Virus record (IMG/VR): IMGVR_UViG_3300017544_000015
Span: 1-25,200 of that record
Source of the DNA: a virus
Taxonomy: Duplodnaviria > Caudoviricetes
DNA length: 25,200 bases
Direction: 5' to 3' (one strand)
A program made the translations under genes and the position numbers. Each line of letters starts with the position of its first letter. Within the stretch, counting starts at the first letter, position 1. This document shows positions 1 through 8,246 of this stretch, piece after piece. The notes under the pieces are model-generated. The model made no database searches, was not told the origin of the DNA, and was given only the letters and a program-made list of their open reading frames with translations.

Positions 1-177
1 CTGATCGGCGGTGCCCTGGTCGGCTTCCTGGTCATGAAGACGCCGGAAGCCCGGGCCCGCCTGGAGACCGCCGCCGACATGGCTCGCCGCCTGGGCGAGC
101 TGAGCGAGCACGACGCCCAGGTGATCGCCGCGCAGCTGGCCAAGCCGAACCAGCACCGTTCCCCCTCTTTGATCTGA
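1..177 (+). CDS. 3' end of a phage hypothetical protein (partial)
   Basis: Frame 1 is open from base 1 (LIGGALVGFLVMKTPEARARLE...) to TGA at 175-177, has GC3-rich codons, and is followed directly by the next RBS. Confidence 0.65.
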   Translation: MIGGALVGFLVMKTPEARARLETAADMARRLGELSEHDAQVIAAQLAKPNQHRSPSLI

Positions 178-187
178 TGGAGGCCAC

Positions 188-364
188 ATGATGACTACCA
201 CCGCCGAGAAGAAATGCACCCGTTGCCTCGAGGAACTGCCAGCCGACCGGGAGTTCTTCTACACGGATACGCGCCGGCCGGATGGTCTGCGCTCCACCTG
301 TAAGGCCTGCTATGCAGCGCTCCCCAGCGTCGCCAAGCGGCGCAAGGAGGTGGCCCATGGCTGA
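188..364 (+). CDS. small Cys4 zinc-finger protein (58 aa)
   Basis: Manual translation: GGAGG RBS at 179-183, then MMTTTAEKKCTRCLEELPADREFFYTDTRRPDGLRSTCKACYAALPSVAKRRKEVAHG. It has CxxC...CxxC, and its stop overlaps the next start. It is below the ORF-track length cut-off. Confidence 0.75.
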   Translation: MMTTTAEKKCTRCLEELPADREFFYTDTRRPDGLRSTCKACYAALPSVAKRRKEVAHG

Positions 365-587
365 TAGCCGCACCGCCGACAAGTTCGTGATTCGCCTGCC
401 AGATGGCCTCCGCGGCCGAATCACCGACCGGGCCATGGCCAACCACCGCAGCATGAACTCCGAGATGGTCAACCGCCTGGAGCGCTCGCTCCTCGAGGAC
501 GACGAACGCGCCGACCTGGAGCAGCTCGTCCGCGTGCTGACCAACCGGATCGTCGAGCTGGAAGCCAAGCTGGGAGCTACTGAATGA
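357..587 (+). CDS. Arc-family ribbon-helix-helix DNA-binding protein, AmrZ/AlgZ-like
   Basis: AAGGAGG RBS, then MADSRTADKFVIRLPDGLRGRITDRAMANHRSMNSEMVNRLERSLL, which has the Arc signature RSMNSE. Confidence 0.9.
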   Translation: MADSRTADKFVIRLPDGLRGRITDRAMANHRSMNSEMVNRLERSLLEDDERADLEQLVRVLTNRIVELEAKLGATE

Positions 588-787
588 TCATCATCGTCCG
601 CTATTCCACCGGCACCCACGTGGCCCGCGCTCGCGGCCACAAGGTGACCGCCAGTTGCACGGAGAGCGCCAGGCGAGCCGCCGAGCGCCTGGCCGATAAG
701 CTGGGCCATAACCCCGACCTGGTGCAGCTGGAGGACAGCGACATCACCACCCACACCTTTTCGCTGCCGGAGGACTCGGATGCGTGA
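584..787 (+). CDS. phage hypothetical protein
   Basis: 67-aa ORF with ATGA coupling to the upstream gene and a GGAG RBS. Confidence 0.7.
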   Translation: MIIIVRYSTGTHVARARGHKVTASCTESARRAAERLADKLGHNPDLVQLEDSDITTHTFSLPEDSDA

Positions 788-1040
788 TGCCCAACTGAGC
801 GCACTACGCCTGGAAGCCAGCCCGGAGCGCTTGCTCCAGATCCGCCAGCAGCTCGGAGTTGGCTCCAGGTTCGATCTGGTCGAGGCCACCCAGGTCCTGG
901 ACCTCTACACCAGCTTCGGAGTGGTCCAGGTGCCGCTGCCAGCGGGGGAGTTCCTGGTAGGGATGCAGGATCCAGCAGGCTGTCGACGATTCGGGGTAGT
1001 CCGGTTCGTCGGCCTCGATGACAGGGAGGGATGGGGATAA
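780..1040 (+). CDS. phage hypothetical protein
   Basis: 86-aa ORF with a GGAGG RBS, overlapping the upstream stop and followed by a terminator. Confidence 0.7.
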   Translation: MRDAQLSALRLEASPERLLQIRQQLGVGSRFDLVEATQVLDLYTSFGVVQVPLPAGEFLVGMQDPAGCRRFGVVRFVGLDDREGWG

Positions 1041-1046
1041 CAGGAC

Positions 1047-1069
1047 AAGGGCGCTTCGGCGCCCTTTTT
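1047..1069 (+). terminator. intrinsic terminator ending the early operon
   Basis: AAGGGCGC-TTCG-GCGCCCTT hairpin running into a T tract. Confidence 0.85.
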
Positions 1070-1354
1070 CATGGTCGATATTTCACTAGGCACGATCCAA
1101 TAGAACAATATCTCGCATGTTGAAGCGTCATAGCGTCAATTAACGCAATAACTCCGCAGCCTCATACTTACTTATGTACTTACGTACAATTGGCACTTTG
1201 TACGACAGACATGCATGAAACCCGGGTTTCGTGTACACGAAAATGCAATTTCATGTAAAAGGCGCTGAAAACTCTGGGGCGATTATCCACGGAATTGGTC
1301 AACACCAGTAAACACGCGGCACACAGATATTTTACCGTATATTGACACCCCAGA

Positions 1355-1380
1355 TTCGGGAGTGAGGACTCACTCCCGAA
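1355..1380. repeat. perfect 12-bp inverted repeat (operator-like)
   Basis: TTCGGGAGTGAG-GA-CTCACTCCCGAA, just downstream of a TTGACA at 1342-1347. Confidence 0.7.
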
Positions 1381-1410
1381 GTTAGGACCTGAGAAACTTC
1401 AAGCTGACTC

Positions 1411-1440
1411 TTGACGGGGTAAAATTCAGATTAGTAAAGT
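1411..1440 (+). promoter_or_regulatory. candidate sigma70 promoter for ORF 1478-1705
   Basis: TTGACG (1411-1416), 18-bp spacer, TAAAGT (1435-1440). Confidence 0.4.
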
Positions 1441-1477
1441 TCGCGTCGCCAACGATACAAAACGCTAGGAGCGATAA

Positions 1478-1705
1478 ATGGAAAACACCAGAAGGAGATA
1501 CATGGAGATTAGGGAGGGTATGCAAGACGTCCAGTACCAGGTGAAATTCCTCGGTGCTGTAATGACGTCTGATATAGCGCTAGGAGAAGAGGCCCGCGCC
1601 GGGGCCATGATCGTCTTCAACGGAATTTCCAGCCAACTTGCCGAGTTGAGCGAGAAAGCCGCTGTGGCTCTCGCTGCCAACGATCAGGGCAGCGCGCCCA
1701 GTTGA
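1478..1705 (+). CDS. small accessory (moron-like) hypothetical protein
   Basis: 75-aa ORF with an AGGAG RBS at 1467-1471 and lower GC. It is convergent with ogr and overlaps its 3' end by 22 nt. Confidence 0.65.
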   Translation: MENTRRRYMEIREGMQDVQYQVKFLGAVMTSDIALGEEARAGAMIVFNGISSQLAELSEKAAVALAANDQGSAPS

Positions 1706-1938
1706 TCGAATAGCTGGCGTTGCTTCGCTGGCGACATCTGGCGGAGACGGTCGAACAGCAACTGGTCGACGTCCCCAGCCGCAGGGCGAAGCGCATGTGA
1801 GTAAGTCAGGTTCATGACGAAGGTGTGGCCACACCGCGGATCCAGACACTGGCAATACAGCCGGGCGAACTCCACTGACAACTCATCCCGCGACCCGATC
1901 CTGGCCTTCCCGCCACACTCCTTGCAGTAGATCCGCAT
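1684..1938 (-). CDS. ogr: Ogr/Delta-family zinc-finger late transcription activator
   Basis: MRIYCKECGGKARI...LYCQCLDPRCGHTFV has the Ogr C-x2-C...C-x4-C pattern and lies downstream of the portal. An alternative start exists at 1950. Confidence 0.9.
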   Translation of the reverse strand: MRIYCKECGGKARIGSRDELSVEFARLYCQCLDPRCGHTFVMNLTYSHALRPAAGDVDQLLFDRLRQMSPAKQRQLFDQLGALP

Positions 1939-1992
1939 CCCCACCCCCATGGCTCCGTTTCAGGAACTATTGTGCCACAACATGTAGTGGCC

Positions 1993-2991
1993 CTAGGCCT
2001 CCCTGAACCCTATACGGCGGTCCTCGCGCAGCGCCTCGTTCACCTGCAGGAACAGCTGGTAGATCGGCCGCATCTCGTTGTCGGTGTACACCCTGTCGAT
2101 CTTCTCGATGTCGCCGAAGCCCGCGGCGTTCTCCGGGATGATGCCGGCCAGCGCCGGGTTCATCCGCCACGCCGCGATGATGTCGTTGCGGGTGATGTTC
2201 TTCACTTTCTCCAGCTCGTCCTTGGCCTGGAAATCCCCGACGGGGATTATCTGAATGGCCTTCTCGCTGCCGCCGGGGATGTTCACAAACATCGACCGGA
2301 AGTTGCCCACGCCCTTGCTGGCCGAGATCTGGCTGCGCAGCTCCTCCTCGTCCTCCTCGGTCAGGTCCGGATCGTTCGTGTAGAAGATGTATCCCGCGTG
2401 GGCGCCGTTGGCGTAATAGCGCCGGCGGAACAGCGTGGCCGCTTCGTTGAGCAGCAGCGCCTGGAGGCCGCCCAGGTAGTCGGGCACGCCGTAGATGTTC
2501 TGCTGCACGTCGTAGTCCTTGATATGCAGGATCTCGCCCGCCTCGAACTCCAGCTCCTTTCCGTCCGGCAGGAGCATCACGAAGCCGCCGTCCACCTTCA
2601 CCCGCATGTTGATCGTCGGCAGGTGCTCCAGCTCCAGGACCTGGCCGAAGACGTTCTCACGCTGATAGAAGTACGCCTCCCCGAACACCATGTAGTCGAG
2701 CCCCGCGGCGCCCATGGTCTGCGCGCTGCAGCCGGCCGAGGGCAGGAAGTCACGCAGCAGCAGGTTGCGCTTGAACTTCGGAATGGCGCCGTGGTGCGCG
2801 TTCGCGTGCAGCAGCTTGGCCAGCCCGGGGCGGGACACCGGCGGCGTGTAGATGCGCCCGTTGTCGCTGGCGAACACGCCGAGGTACTGCCCGATGTTCT
2901 GCGTCAGCACCGCCTCGGGCGCGCCGAACGAGAACGCTCGCGCGGGCTGCTGGCGGGGTTGGTTTCGCTTCTGGTCTCTTCGTCTGGCCAT
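1993..2991 (-). CDS. phage portal protein (P2 gpQ / PBSX family)
   Basis: Motifs YDVQQNIYGVPDY, ATLFRRRYYANGAHAG, SKGVGNFRSMFVNIP and GFGDIEK. Confidence 0.95.
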   Translation of the reverse strand: MARRRDQKRNQPRQQPARAFSFGAPEAVLTQNIGQYLGVFASDNGRIYTPPVSRPGLAKLLHANAHHGAIPKFKRNLLLRDFLPSAGCSAQTMGAAGLDYMVFGEAYFYQRENVFGQVLELEHLPTINMRVKVDGGFVMLLPDGKELEFEAGEILHIKDYDVQQNIYGVPDYLGGLQALLLNEAATLFRRRYYANGAHAGYIFYTNDPDLTEEDEEELRSQISASKGVGNFRSMFVNIPGGSEKAIQIIPVGDFQAKDELEKVKNITRNDIIAAWRMNPALAGIIPENAAGFGDIEKIDRVYTDNEMRPIYQLFLQVNEALREDRRIGFREA

Positions 2992-4822
2992 GGCTGCTCT
3001 GGGTGCTCAGTGCGTAGCGGCTGCGGCGCCGCTTGTTGGTGTTGAGGGGTTCATGGGCCAGCGCGTGCATGATCGCCCAGGCCACATCGGCGTGGCCGGT
3101 GGCTTCGGTGCGCGACGCGCTGTAGGTGATCTGGCCGCTGGCGGTGGTGCCGCGCTTGATCGACAGGAAGGCCTGGGCAATCTCCGTCCAGCCGGCGTCC
3201 CACTCGATGCGGCTGCTCTGAATGCAGTCCTGGGCCTTCAGCACCAGGGTGTTCTTGGCCTCCAGGCTGTAGTGGATCGGCGTGGCGCGCGGGAAGAAGT
3301 CACGCACCAGGTCGAACACGCCGTAGCCCACGCCGGTGATGTCGATTCCGATATGCTGGACGTTGAAGCGCTCGCACAACTTGCGGACCTGTGCCGCCTG
3401 GTGGGTGAATGACGTGCCCCGCCAGCTGTGCTTCTCCAGGATCCGGAACTTCCCGCCTGTCTCCAACGGCGGAGCCACCACAACGCAGGTGGCGTCGTCG
3501 CGCGTGCGGCTGGGGTCGTAGCCCAGCCAGACGGGGCTGTTACCGAAGGGCCGCGGATCCTCCGGGTCGTAGTCGGTCCACAGTGCCTGGTCGCTGTAAC
3601 AGCGCTCAAGATCCGTCAGGCCAAAGGCACTCTGCGTACTGTCGATGAATTTGCACATGTAGAGCTGGTCGAAACGCTCGTCGTCGTTCTCCAGGTGCAG
3701 TTGGTCCAGATCGAACAGATCGCAGCCACCGGCGATGGCGTCCTCGATGGTGATCACCTTGCGCCACTGACCATCCGGGCACAGCGCGCCGGCGTGGATC
3801 TGTTCTTCGCTCGGCCAGGTGCCGCCCACACGCTTGCTCCGCTTGCTGTTGCGGAACGCCTCTCCGGTCCAGAACGGGTAGGCCTGGTGGGTGACAGCGC
3901 TGGGCGTTGAGAAGTAGGTTTTCCTCCACTTTTTGTGGGTGGCCATCGCCCCTGCCACGGTGTTCAGCTTCTCGAAGTCGCGGATCCAGAAGTACTCGTC
4001 CACGTAGACGTGGCCATGGTGCCCCTGCGCGGTGCTGCTGTTGGTGGAGAGGAAGCGCAGCTCGGCCCAGGGCTTGCCATCGCGGCTGAGCACGATGGGG
4101 TTCCCGGTCAGTTCCAGCCCGAACCAGTTGGCGGCGAAGGCCACGATGTAGCTGCGGAAGATCTCCGACTGGGCGCGGCTGGCCGACAGGAAGATCTGGT
4201 TGTCGCCAGTCAGCACCGCGTCCATGAACGCCTCGGCAGCGAAGTAGTAGGTCAGGCCGACCTGGCGAGACTTCAGGACGTTGCGGATCCGGCACGTCAG
4301 CGGGTTGCGCTTCGCCTCGAACAGCTCCTGCTGGTAGCCGTACATGGTCGAGGTGAACTTCTCCAGGAAGTCCAGCTCGGTCAACGCGGATACGTCGTTC
4401 TTGGCCTTCTTCTCGCGGCGCTTGCCGCCCCCGCGCTCGCCTCTTTCCCCTCGCTCCCTGCGCCCCTGGCGCTCCTCTTCCCTGCCGCCGTGGCGGGGCT
4501 CTGCTGCGGCGTCCGGCGCCGCCTGGGGCGCCGGCCTCGCCGCCTGCTTCTGCAGGCGCTCGCGCAGGCTGGTCAGCCTGTCCAGCTCGTCCAGCTCGCC
4601 CTTGCCGAGCGCCCCGGGCTTCTCCAGGAGCAGCGTGATTCGCCGGCTGACGGCGGCCAGCGGCTCCTCGTCGGCCAGCATCTCGTCCCAGCCGCCCTTG
4701 GCGATCCAGTAGTAAACGATGCGGACGTTGGGCAGACCGAGCTGCGCCTGGATCTCCCTGGGCTTGCAGCGGCGCAGGTAGAGGCGCTTGGCAGCTTCTT
4801 TGACTTCGACGGAGTAAGGCAT
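2750..4822 (-). CDS. terminase large (ATPase/nuclease) subunit, P2 gpP-like
   Basis: Likely start MPYSVEVKEAAKRLYL at 4822. Motifs LKSRQVGLT, VYVDEYFW, FSTPS, GYDPSR and HADVAWAIMHAL. Confidence 0.95.
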   Translation of the reverse strand: MPYSVEVKEAAKRLYLRRCKPREIQAQLGLPNVRIVYYWIAKGGWDEMLADEEPLAAVSRRITLLLEKPGALGKGELDELDRLTSLRERLQKQAARPAPQAAPDAAAEPRHGGREEERQGRRERGERGERGGGKRREKKAKNDVSALTELDFLEKFTSTMYGYQQELFEAKRNPLTCRIRNVLKSRQVGLTYYFAAEAFMDAVLTGDNQIFLSASRAQSEIFRSYIVAFAANWFGLELTGNPIVLSRDGKPWAELRFLSTNSSTAQGHHGHVYVDEYFWIRDFEKLNTVAGAMATHKKWRKTYFSTPSAVTHQAYPFWTGEAFRNSKRSKRVGGTWPSEEQIHAGALCPDGQWRKVITIEDAIAGGCDLFDLDQLHLENDDERFDQLYMCKFIDSTQSAFGLTDLERCYSDQALWTDYDPEDPRPFGNSPVWLGYDPSRTRDDATCVVVAPPLETGGKFRILEKHSWRGTSFTHQAAQVRKLCERFNVQHIGIDITGVGYGVFDLVRDFFPRATPIHYSLEAKNTLVLKAQDCIQSSRIEWDAGWTEIAQAFLSIKRGTTASGQITYSASRTEATGHADVAWAIMHALAHEPLNTNKRRRSRYALSTQSSHGQTKRPEAKPTPPAARASVLVRRARGGADAEHRAVPRRVRQRQRAHLHAAGVPPRAGQAAARERAPRRHSEVQAQPAAA

Positions 4823-4978
4823 GGGCCGCAGTCTATGCGGCGAACTGGCCGGCAACGCGCGGCAAAAATCCTGAATATTCCTATTTGAATCAGATAGTTG
4901 CCATAAGGAAGGGAAGCGATTGAGGGCCCCTTCCCTGCTGCCTATGGTGGGCCCATCGAACCCCACCGAGCCCGACAC
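4823..4978. promoter_or_regulatory. divergent late-promoter region (P/O)
   Basis: AT-richer 156-bp spacer between divergent terminase and scaffold genes, the position of the Ogr-dependent promoters in P2. Exact sites were not identified. Confidence 0.55.
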
Positions 4979-5908
4979 ATGCCCCGCTCCCTCGTCTCCT
5001 ACTGGAAGCGCGTCGCCACCAGCGGCCCCACCGCCGATGGCCGCGAGATCACGCCGCAGGAGCTGCGTGACATCGCCGAGACCTACAAGCCATCCCGCTA
5101 CACCGCCGTGATCTGGAGCGAGCACGAACGCTGGGCCGGTTCCCACGGCACCGTGTTCGCGGTGCGGCTGGTCGAGCCGGAGGACGATCCTGAACTGGAG
5201 GAAGGCCAGGTCGCCCTGGAAGCCCAGCTCAAGCCCAACGACAAGCTGCTGTGGCTCAACGACAGGGGCGAGAAGCTGTTCACCAGCATCGAGATCTACC
5301 CCAATTTCGCCAACTCCGGCCGCGCCTACCTGACCGGCCTGGCCGTCACCGACGAGCCCGCCAGCCTGGGCACCCAAGAGTTGTATTTCTCCAGGCGCAC
5401 CAGCAAGACCACCTACTTCGCCGCCTCCGTCGAGCTGGGCCCGCTGCGTGAGCCGGAATCCGCCGCCGGCGAGAAGGGCCTGATCCAGGCCATGACCCAG
5501 TTCTTCAAGCGCTTCGCCACCGAATCGCTGCCTCCCGCCCCTCCCCCGTCCACCCCAACCGAGAGCACGCCACCTATGGATGAAGCCACCGCGAAAGCGC
5601 TGAAGGCTCTGCTGGAACAGTTGCTGATTGTCGCCGCCGGCATTCAGGCAGTAATCGAGCCGGCCACCGAGGAAGCCCCGGAGCCCGAACAGGAACCGAT
5701 TGACGACGTGGCCGCCGCCGTCGACGAGATCGTGAGTACCGCCGAGGAAGAGCGCGAGTTCAGCCGCGGCCCGATCAGCAACAAGGCGCTGGCCGTCGGC
5801 CTGGCCAACCTGCAGAAGCAATTCAACCAGGCGCTGAACACCTCGCAGGGTCGCGCCCTGCCGCGTACCACCGGCGCCGCCGATCCTGCCAAGAAGAAGG
5901 TGCTGTGA
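4979..5908 (+). CDS. capsid scaffolding protein/protease (gpO)
   Basis: Motifs RVATSGPTADGREI, YTAVIWSEH and YLTGLAVTDEPASLGT. Confidence 0.95.
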   Translation: MPRSLVSYWKRVATSGPTADGREITPQELRDIAETYKPSRYTAVIWSEHERWAGSHGTVFAVRLVEPEDDPELEEGQVALEAQLKPNDKLLWLNDRGEKLFTSIEIYPNFANSGRAYLTGLAVTDEPASLGTQELYFSRRTSKTTYFAASVELGPLREPESAAGEKGLIQAMTQFFKRFATESLPPAPPPSTPTESTPPMDEATAKALKALLEQLLIVAAGIQAVIEPATEEAPEPEQEPIDDVAAAVDEIVSTAEEEREFSRGPISNKALAVGLANLQKQFNQALNTSQGRALPRTTGAADPAKKKVL

Positions 5909-6927
5909 TGAGCCGAGCCCTTTCCCGTACCGCCCTGGAACGCTACTTCGCCCTGCAGCTGGCCATCGCCGAGAGCTACGGCATCGAGGACGCCACCCGG
6001 CAGTTCAACGTCGAACCGACCATCGCCCAGGAACTCAACGAAAAGATCACCGAGAAGTCCGACTTCCTCGGCCGCATCAACGTCATCCCCGTTACCGAAA
6101 TCAAGGGTGAGAAGGTCGTCCTGGGCCTGAATGGTCCGGCCACCGGCCGCACCGATACCAGCAAGCGCGACCGCGTACCCCGCCACCTGCTGGACCTGGA
6201 CGCCCTGGGCTACGAACTGTTCGAGACCAACACCGACGTGGCCCTCAGGTTCAGCCTGATCGACGCCTGGGCCAAGTTCCCCGACTTTGCCGAGCGCTAC
6301 GCCGCCGCCGTGCAACGGCAGATCGCCCTGGACCGCATCATGATCGGCTGGCACGGCACCCACGCCGCACCAGACACCGACCCGGCGGCCTACCCCCTGC
6401 TGCAGGACGTGAACAAGGGCTGGCTGCAGATCGCCCGCGAACAGATCCCTGCGCAGGTATTGCGCCCGGATGCCGGCCAGAAGATCACCCTCGGCGCCGG
6501 CGGCGACTATGCCAACCTCGACGGCCTGGTACACGACATCAAGCAGATGATCGACCCGGTATACCGCGACGGTAACGACCTGGTGGCCATCGTCGGCGGC
6601 GACCTGGTGGCCAACGACAAGGGCAAGCTGTACGCCAAGCAGGGCGACACCCCAACCGAGAAGGAGCGCATCGAAGACCAGCAGGTGATCGCCACCTACG
6701 GCGGCCTCCCCTCTTTCGTGCTGCCCTTCTTCCCGAACACCGGCGTGACCGTCACCAGCTGGGACAACCTGTCCATCTACTTTCAGGACAGCAGTTGGCG
6801 GCGCTACCTGCAGGAGAACCCGAAGCGCAACCAGGTCGAGGACTACAACTCGCGCAACGAAGGCTACGTCATCGAGCAGCTGGGCAAGTTCGCCGCGCTC
6901 GAAGTCGATTCCCTGGAGTTGGTGTGA
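5908..6927 (+). CDS. major capsid protein, P2 family (gpN)
   Basis: Motifs FNVEPTIAQEL, IALDRIMIGWHG, LLQDVNKGWLQ and DNLSIYFQ. Confidence 0.95.
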   Translation: MSRALSRTALERYFALQLAIAESYGIEDATRQFNVEPTIAQELNEKITEKSDFLGRINVIPVTEIKGEKVVLGLNGPATGRTDTSKRDRVPRHLLDLDALGYELFETNTDVALRFSLIDAWAKFPDFAERYAAAVQRQIALDRIMIGWHGTHAAPDTDPAAYPLLQDVNKGWLQIAREQIPAQVLRPDAGQKITLGAGGDYANLDGLVHDIKQMIDPVYRDGNDLVAIVGGDLVANDKGKLYAKQGDTPTEKERIEDQQVIATYGGLPSFVLPFFPNTGVTVTSWDNLSIYFQDSSWRRYLQENPKRNQVEDYNSRNEGYVIEQLGKFAALEVDSLELV

Positions 6928-7688
6928 TGAGCCTCGCCCTGGCCTACAAGCGCCGCGTGCTGGCCGGCAACCTGCCGGCCAGCACGGAGCGCGCCGCACC
7001 GGCGCCCTACACCGCCGCCGAAGCCCTTTCCAGCCCGGCCAACGCGCGTAAGCACCTGGCGCTGATGGAAGCCGCACTGGCCCAGGACCTGGAGCGCATC
7101 AGCGCGATCAACAGCCGCGAAACCCGCCAGCAGCTGAAGCGCGACGAGCTGCTACCGAAGTACCTGGACTACGTGCAGCGCTACCGCGACAGCGGCCTGG
7201 TGTACTCCAACACCGTGGTGGTCCAGGTCCTGGTGTGGCTGTTCGACACCGTGCAGTTCGAAGCCGGCCTGGACCTGGCGCTGTTCTGCATCGAGCAGGA
7301 CCAGGCGCTGCCGGAGCGCTTCCGCCGCGATATCCCGACGTTCGTCGCGGATGAGGTGATCGACTGGGCCGAGGCCGAGCAGAAGGCCGGTCGCAGCCCC
7401 GAGCCCTACCTGTCGCAACTGCTGCCCTTCGTCGACGGCACCTGGGCGGCGGCGGCAAACCCCGACGATCCCCTGCCGGCGCCCTGGACACTGTTCGAGC
7501 GGATCCCGGCGCGCGTCCACAAGCTGCTCGGCCTGCTGGCCATGGACCGCGAGGAGTGGGCAACCACCATCGCCCACTTCCAGCGCGCGGAAACCCTGTA
7601 TCCCGAGATCGGCGTGAAGACCCGCCGCGAAGCCGCCGAGAAGGCGCTGCGCAAGCAGCAGGCCGAGCAGCGGGACCACACCGAGTAA
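6927..7688 (+). CDS. terminase small (endonuclease) subunit (gpM)
   Basis: Starts MSLALAYKRR with TGATG coupling. Motifs KRDELLPKY, VWLFDT and IGVKT, in the expected position after the capsid gene. Confidence 0.9.
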   Translation: MSLALAYKRRVLAGNLPASTERAAPAPYTAAEALSSPANARKHLALMEAALAQDLERISAINSRETRQQLKRDELLPKYLDYVQRYRDSGLVYSNTVVVQVLVWLFDTVQFEAGLDLALFCIEQDQALPERFRRDIPTFVADEVIDWAEAEQKAGRSPEPYLSQLLPFVDGTWAAAANPDDPLPAPWTLFERIPARVHKLLGLLAMDREEWATTIAHFQRAETLYPEIGVKTRREAAEKALRKQQAEQRDHTE

Positions 7689-7784
7689 CCGTCTACCCCC
7701 CCCAGCGGGGCCTGTCGAGGCGAGACGGCTGCCTGCAGCCAGTACCGCCGAAGACAGTCACCCCGCCCTATTCGAGCGCCTGCG

Positions 7785-8246
7785 ATGAGCTTTTCCGGCA
7801 AACCAACCACCCTGGTGGATCGCCCCATTCCCAACGACGGCTTCTGGCCGGACCTGGGCGTGGCCGAGTTCCAGGCCGGCTACCGCCTGCCGGCGGAATA
7901 CCTGGTGGAACTGCTCGTCGACGGCCTGACCACCGCCATGGGCGAGGTCAACCGCGACCTGGCCAAACGCAAGGCCGCCTGGCAGGCCGCCGGCATCGAG
8001 GAGGTGGCCACCGCCGACTCGCTCCTGCTGCCCGAGCGCGCCTTCTACGTGGCCATGTACAAGCGCGCCGTGTACTGCCGCGCCAAGGCCCAGCTGCTGC
8101 AGCAGTTCGCTACGGTGAACCGCCGCGCCGAGGCCGAGAACCTGGCGAAGGAAAGCCCGGACACGGCGGCGCAGTTCCTCGCTTTCAGCCAGCAGGCCGT
8201 GCGCCTGCTCCAAGGCCGCGGCCGCATCACGGCGGCGCTCCTATGA
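7785..8246 (+). CDS. head completion/stabilisation protein (gpL)
   Basis: Motifs IPNDGFWPDL and YKRAVYCRAKA. Confidence 0.9.
   Translation: MSFSGKPTTLVDRPIPNDGFWPDLGVAEFQAGYRLPAEYLVELLVDGLTTAMGEVNRDLAKRKAAWQAAGIEEVATADSLLLPERAFYVAMYKRAVYCRAKAQLLQQFATVNRRAEAENLAKESPDTAAQFLAFSQQAVRLLQGRGRITAALL

Noticed and set aside
1309-1379. 9-nt matches to the C4 locus (TAAACACGC at 1309; CACTCCCGA at 1371)
   Set aside because: The matches are too short and no paired b box follows, so they cannot be distinguished from chance.
4420-4500. GER/RER low-complexity repeat in the terminase
   Set aside because: It is a charged linker between the N-terminal HTH region and the ATPase domain, not a DNA repeat element.
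4823-5821. N-terminal 333 aa of the 1023-aa ORF 2750-5821
   Set aside because: It is the antisense shadow of the gpO gene; terminase similarity begins at MPYSVEVKE (4822).
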